Assembly (NCBI GenBank): GCA_009914755.4
Contig: CP068257.2
Location: 37,824,001 to 37,888,000 of the forward strand
Length of the DNA: 64,000 nt
Direction: 5' to 3'
DNA from: the human T2T-CHM13v2.0 reference genome, Homo sapiens
Positions 59,861 through 64,000 of this stretch are shown here, piece after piece. A program made the position numbers and the translations under genes. A model generated the notes under the pieces. That model was not told the origin of the DNA, did not search any database, and worked only from the letters and a program-made list of their open reading frames with translations. The first letter of the stretch is position 1, and every line of letters starts with the position of its first letter.

Positions 59861-60110
59861 TCATCCATCCATCCACCTATCTATCATCTGTCTATCTGTC
59901 TATCTATCTATGTCTGTCTGCCTGCCTACCCATCTGTTTGCCCATCCATCCATTCCTCCGTCTGTCTGTCTGTCTCTGAACATTATCCATCCATCCATCT
60001 ATCCATCCATCCATCTCTCCATCCATCCATGCATCCATCCATTTATCCATCTATGTATGTTTACCTGTCTACTTTATCTTTCTACCTTATCTATCTTCTT
60101 AATTTTTAAT
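59861..60110. repeat. (CCAT/CATCY)n simple repeat, right flank of the THE1 LTR
   Basis: atccatccatccacctatctatcatctgtctatctgtctatctatctatgtctgtctgcctgcc...tatccatccatccatctatccatccatccatctctccatccatccatgcatccatccatttatccatctatg. Source of the HPSIH-rich ORFs 59834-60109 and 59910-60116. Confidence 0.85.
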
Positions 60111-60422
60111 CTCTAAAATTATAAGCCTCCCTCCATACAAGCAATAGAAAACACTGTGTAAAGATAGAATTCTTCTCCTCATCAGCCTGAAGTGGGTGAA
60201 CTGAAACTCCTCACTTAGGCAGTTTGTTACCCTGCAATGCACATAGGTTGGATCTTTGACTTATCCCAGTCGGCATTTTGGAGTTTGGAGATCCTATGCT
60301 CTAGTCGCTAAGTGACCTAATGAGTGGGCAGTCTATGTTTGCTTCATTTATATACTGTGTGTCTAAATAAGAAAGCCACAGCATATGTGGCCTGTTTTTT
60401 TTTTTCTTTTTTCTGTTTTTGA

Positions 60423-60572
<150 letters not shown>

Positions 60573-62474
60573 TGACTGGATTCTCTGCTGTTCGAGACTT
60601 TTACAGGGCTTGTACAACTTGACTCTGGGCACAAGCAGTCAGAAAGAGGGCAAGGAGCTGAGAGTTTAGCCAGGGAGGAAGCAAGTAATTTCTACTGATG
60701 TGTTAAGCACTGGAATCCTGGTGCAGAGAGGGCTAAAGGGAAGACAAAGGAGCCTGAACCCAGACCAGGAGGGAGCCGGCTGGACAAGGCTTGGAGAATT
60801 TGTTGTGGTGGTGTTATGGCTAGGTTAGGTGTATGCTCTTTATAAACAAGGGACCTTTCTGCTTGATCATGATTAATGACAGACTCCTAGCTTACACCCA
60901 CCCAGGAGCCCTGCCCAGTGGGGAAATAGAGCTAAGGGAGTGCAGTATATCTGGCGGAAGACAAGAGGAACTTGAGGATAAAAAGGACTCCTTGGGGAGG
61001 GAAATTGACACTCAGTTAATTTAAGTTCAATCAGGGAAATAGCAGATCTTGGTGAAGTCACATGATTAATTCTAAAGGGGTTCCCATGCAGGAGCAGCAG
61101 GGTAAGGAGTGGGCAATGTTGGGGGACACTGTGGTTCTGTGAGTGCCAAGCTGACATAATAGGGGATGGGATGGGCCACTTCTTCAAGGAGTTCTGAAAA
61201 TGTGCTGGGAAACCAGGCGCCAAGGAAGGAGCCTGGTGGGGCTGGGAATGGGGTGCAGGCATTGTTCTGGGCCTCCTTAGAGGAGAATGTTAGAGGGCTT
61301 CTCCACTGGGTCAGTTGTAGCAAAGACTATTTTTCAAACCCTGATGGTTTGCTAATTTATTTATTCTGGGAGAGGTGTGGGAGCTTTTATGAGAGCTGGA
61401 TCCTCATTCACCAGATAGAATGTGGCTAGAAAGGGGCTGAGACCCACACCCACGCTATGGAAAAAGGGGTGTGGGGCTGGGCATCCATTTGTCTTTACCT
61501 CAAAGAACTTAAATTGGGAGGGGCTAGGGAAGGAAATTCCCTGATATTTAGACTTATATTTGAAGTAGACTGCTATTTCAAAATGTTGATATTACAACTC
61601 TGAAGTTTTTGTTTTAAAGAAAGACAAAATCTTCAATCTTGACCTAGAAGTTAGACGGTGTTTCATGGCAGCCTGTATAATTCAGAAACAATACTTTAAA
61701 AATTAAATATAGTGACCATTTCATTATCTTGTAATTAAAACATAATCTGTTTCACAATTTGAACTTTGCATGAGTTGCCTAATGCACCCTTACAGTCATA
61801 TTGATGAATACTTTGAAGTTGAGTTTGCTTCTTTTAAGACATAGAGACAAAGATGAAAAGCATTACACCCCAGCCCCTTTCTCCCGTGAGACCAGCAGGA
61901 AGGTAGCATATTTATAATCAGATCCTGCCTCCTATAGCCAGGGTGGGCTTTGCTTCAGCTTCTCAGCCACTGGGCTGGGTTAGTTCTGTGAAGTGATGAA
62001 TCACCCAGCTTGGACGTTCTCTTTGCTACTACATTTTAAAATTGTGAGCCTTTGACAAAGTCAATTATAATCTTGTGAATCCTGGTAGGAATTAAAAAAA
62101 CCATTTTTTGTTATTTTTGTGTGGGCTATGGTGAAGAAATGACCGTAAGTGAAAAATATTTTTATTTTATATGAATATATTACTAACATCATATTATCAA
62201 ATTTACTTTTCAACTCTTTAATGCCATTTATCCTACAGAAAGACAGATTCTGACTTCTTCCTGTTTGAAAACCAACACATGCTCTTTGATTTACTTTAAT
62301 TCAATTAAATTAGAAAAACCCTCTGTGATTGTCAGTAAACAGATGAAAAATGTTGTAAAAACATGATTAACCCTTATGAGTGTATATGAAAATAGGCTGA
62401 ATTTTAAAATTTAAGAAGGAGACAAACACCACTTAGATATTTAGAATGCTTGCATTTTGTGCTTCAAGAACCTA

Positions 62475-62835
<361 letters not shown>

Positions 62836-64000
62836 CTATTTGTAAAGGCATCTCTCCTCCCAGGGCACCCCAGGCATAGACAGGCTGACAGGGAATCAGA
62901 AAGACAAGGGAGAGCTCTGTGTGTTTTGAACATTGATTTTGAAAGTATGAGACACATCCTAGTAGTTTCATGTAGGTATGACACCTCAGATAAATCCAAG
63001 GCTTTCAAACTCCTGGCTCCGTTGAAACCATCTTGAGGCTATTTCTTTTTGCTCCTCTTGGCTTGCTGTGGTTAAAACAGAGGTGCTCCCCTGGGCTTCC
63101 CTCATTAACCAACACGCTGCGGTGGATATAAAGTTTAGAATATTCGTGGGCCCACATTTGGTTCCTAAGACTCCTGGGCAAGGAATGTCAGCTTCCTTTA
63201 TTGCTTTAAATTCCCTCTATCTGCTCCATGTGCCCACCTCATGGCTGGCAGGAGCTTCCAGCTGGGTGGGGTGTTTTGAAGACCCTGTCCTCCTGAGGGT
63301 CTCACAGCCATCCTGGGGTCGTTAGTGGTGACTGGGCAGGGATTGGGTGCTGGTTGTCTGTGGTGGTGTTTCTGCTGTCTGTCCCTTGGCATGGGCCAGA
63401 CCCTCTGTTCTGGCTGGACACAGACTGGCCTTTCATAGTGGCTGGCCTTCTGACCGCGGACGCTGCTGCCTGTACAGAGTGCCTTGTGTTACTTAAATGC
63501 CCCAGCGGTCCCTGGCTCTGTTTCTGTGTATGAGCAGGGCCTGGGCAGTACCCCTCCTGGAAAATCCTTCTTTCCTCCCCAGTCTGGCCACCTCCGTCTT
63601 GCCAATTCCAAGCTCTTTTTTTTTTTTTCCTCAGGGACCGCCTAGCTTTATCACCCCATTAGCCTAAGGTTTTGAAAACCAAGGTCTATACTTTCTTCCT
63701 TAGGGGTGGAAAGCCAGAACAAATAGGTCGCCTGTGGGAAGAGAAAATAACTCTTACTCTGACCCCTCTACCCCCTCAGCTTTGTGTAGCAGAAAGAACA
63801 AGTCACAATTCATATCCTGGCCTTCAGCCACACTTATTATGAGAAGGAATAAAAACAGTTTTAAACATTTTATTCTGAAATAACTATAGACTCACAGGAA
63901 GTTTCAAAAATAAGAGTCTTGTGTGCCCTTCACCCAACTTCCCCAAATGGTGACATCTCATCTAGCCTTAATGAAACCAGAAATGCAATGCATTGGTGCA

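Noticed and set aside
59834-60116. Two overlapping + ORFs rich in HPSIHPS motifs
   Set aside because: Translations of the (CCAT/CATCY)n simple repeat flanking the THE1 LTR.

Overview
This window is primate (human-type) nuclear genomic DNA, not a prokaryotic or accessory-element locus. About 40 Alu SINEs (about 16% of the bases), L1/HAL1 fragments, MaLR (THE1-type) solo LTRs, MIR SINEs, a mariner MADE1 fragment, a CpG island and GT-AG spliced exons make the six-frame ORF track largely uninformative. The only protein-coding gene I can support is SH3BGR (SH3 domain-binding glutamic acid-rich protein, human chr21q22 by recollection), on the + strand. Four coding exons are resolved with exact splice sites: 12531-12764 (ATG, aa 1-78, [11 protein letters not shown]...[15 protein letters not shown]), 23002-23187 ([62 protein letters not shown]), 35762-35842 ([27 protein letters not shown]) and 60453-60545 ([31 protein letters not shown]). 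The acidic C-terminal exon(s) must lie beyond the 3' end of the window. A CpG island at about 5995-6690 carries a palindromic NRF1-type motif (GCGCATGCGC) and splice donors pointing in both directions. This fits a head-to-head bidirectional promoter: a non-coding SH3BGR exon 1 on the + strand and, by inference, the 5' end of the upstream minus-strand neighbour (LCA5L by recollection of the locus). Other content: a MYL6 processed pseudogene (48928-49618); a young AluY with a perfect target-site duplication nested in an old L1M ORF2 remnant; a HAL1-like ORF1-only L1 derivative; and two THE1 solo LTRs, one inserted into a (CATCY)n simple repeat. The most unusual local structures are an AT-rich minisatellite at 17746-18221 built from units containing an 18-bp perfect palindrome and bounded by 31-bp inverted repeats; a ~300-bp (GGT)n-type array; and a tight inverted Alu pair in intron 3. 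No CRISPR array, operon, defence island or other prokaryotic system is present. All repeat coordinates are by-eye estimates (plus or minus about 10 bp).
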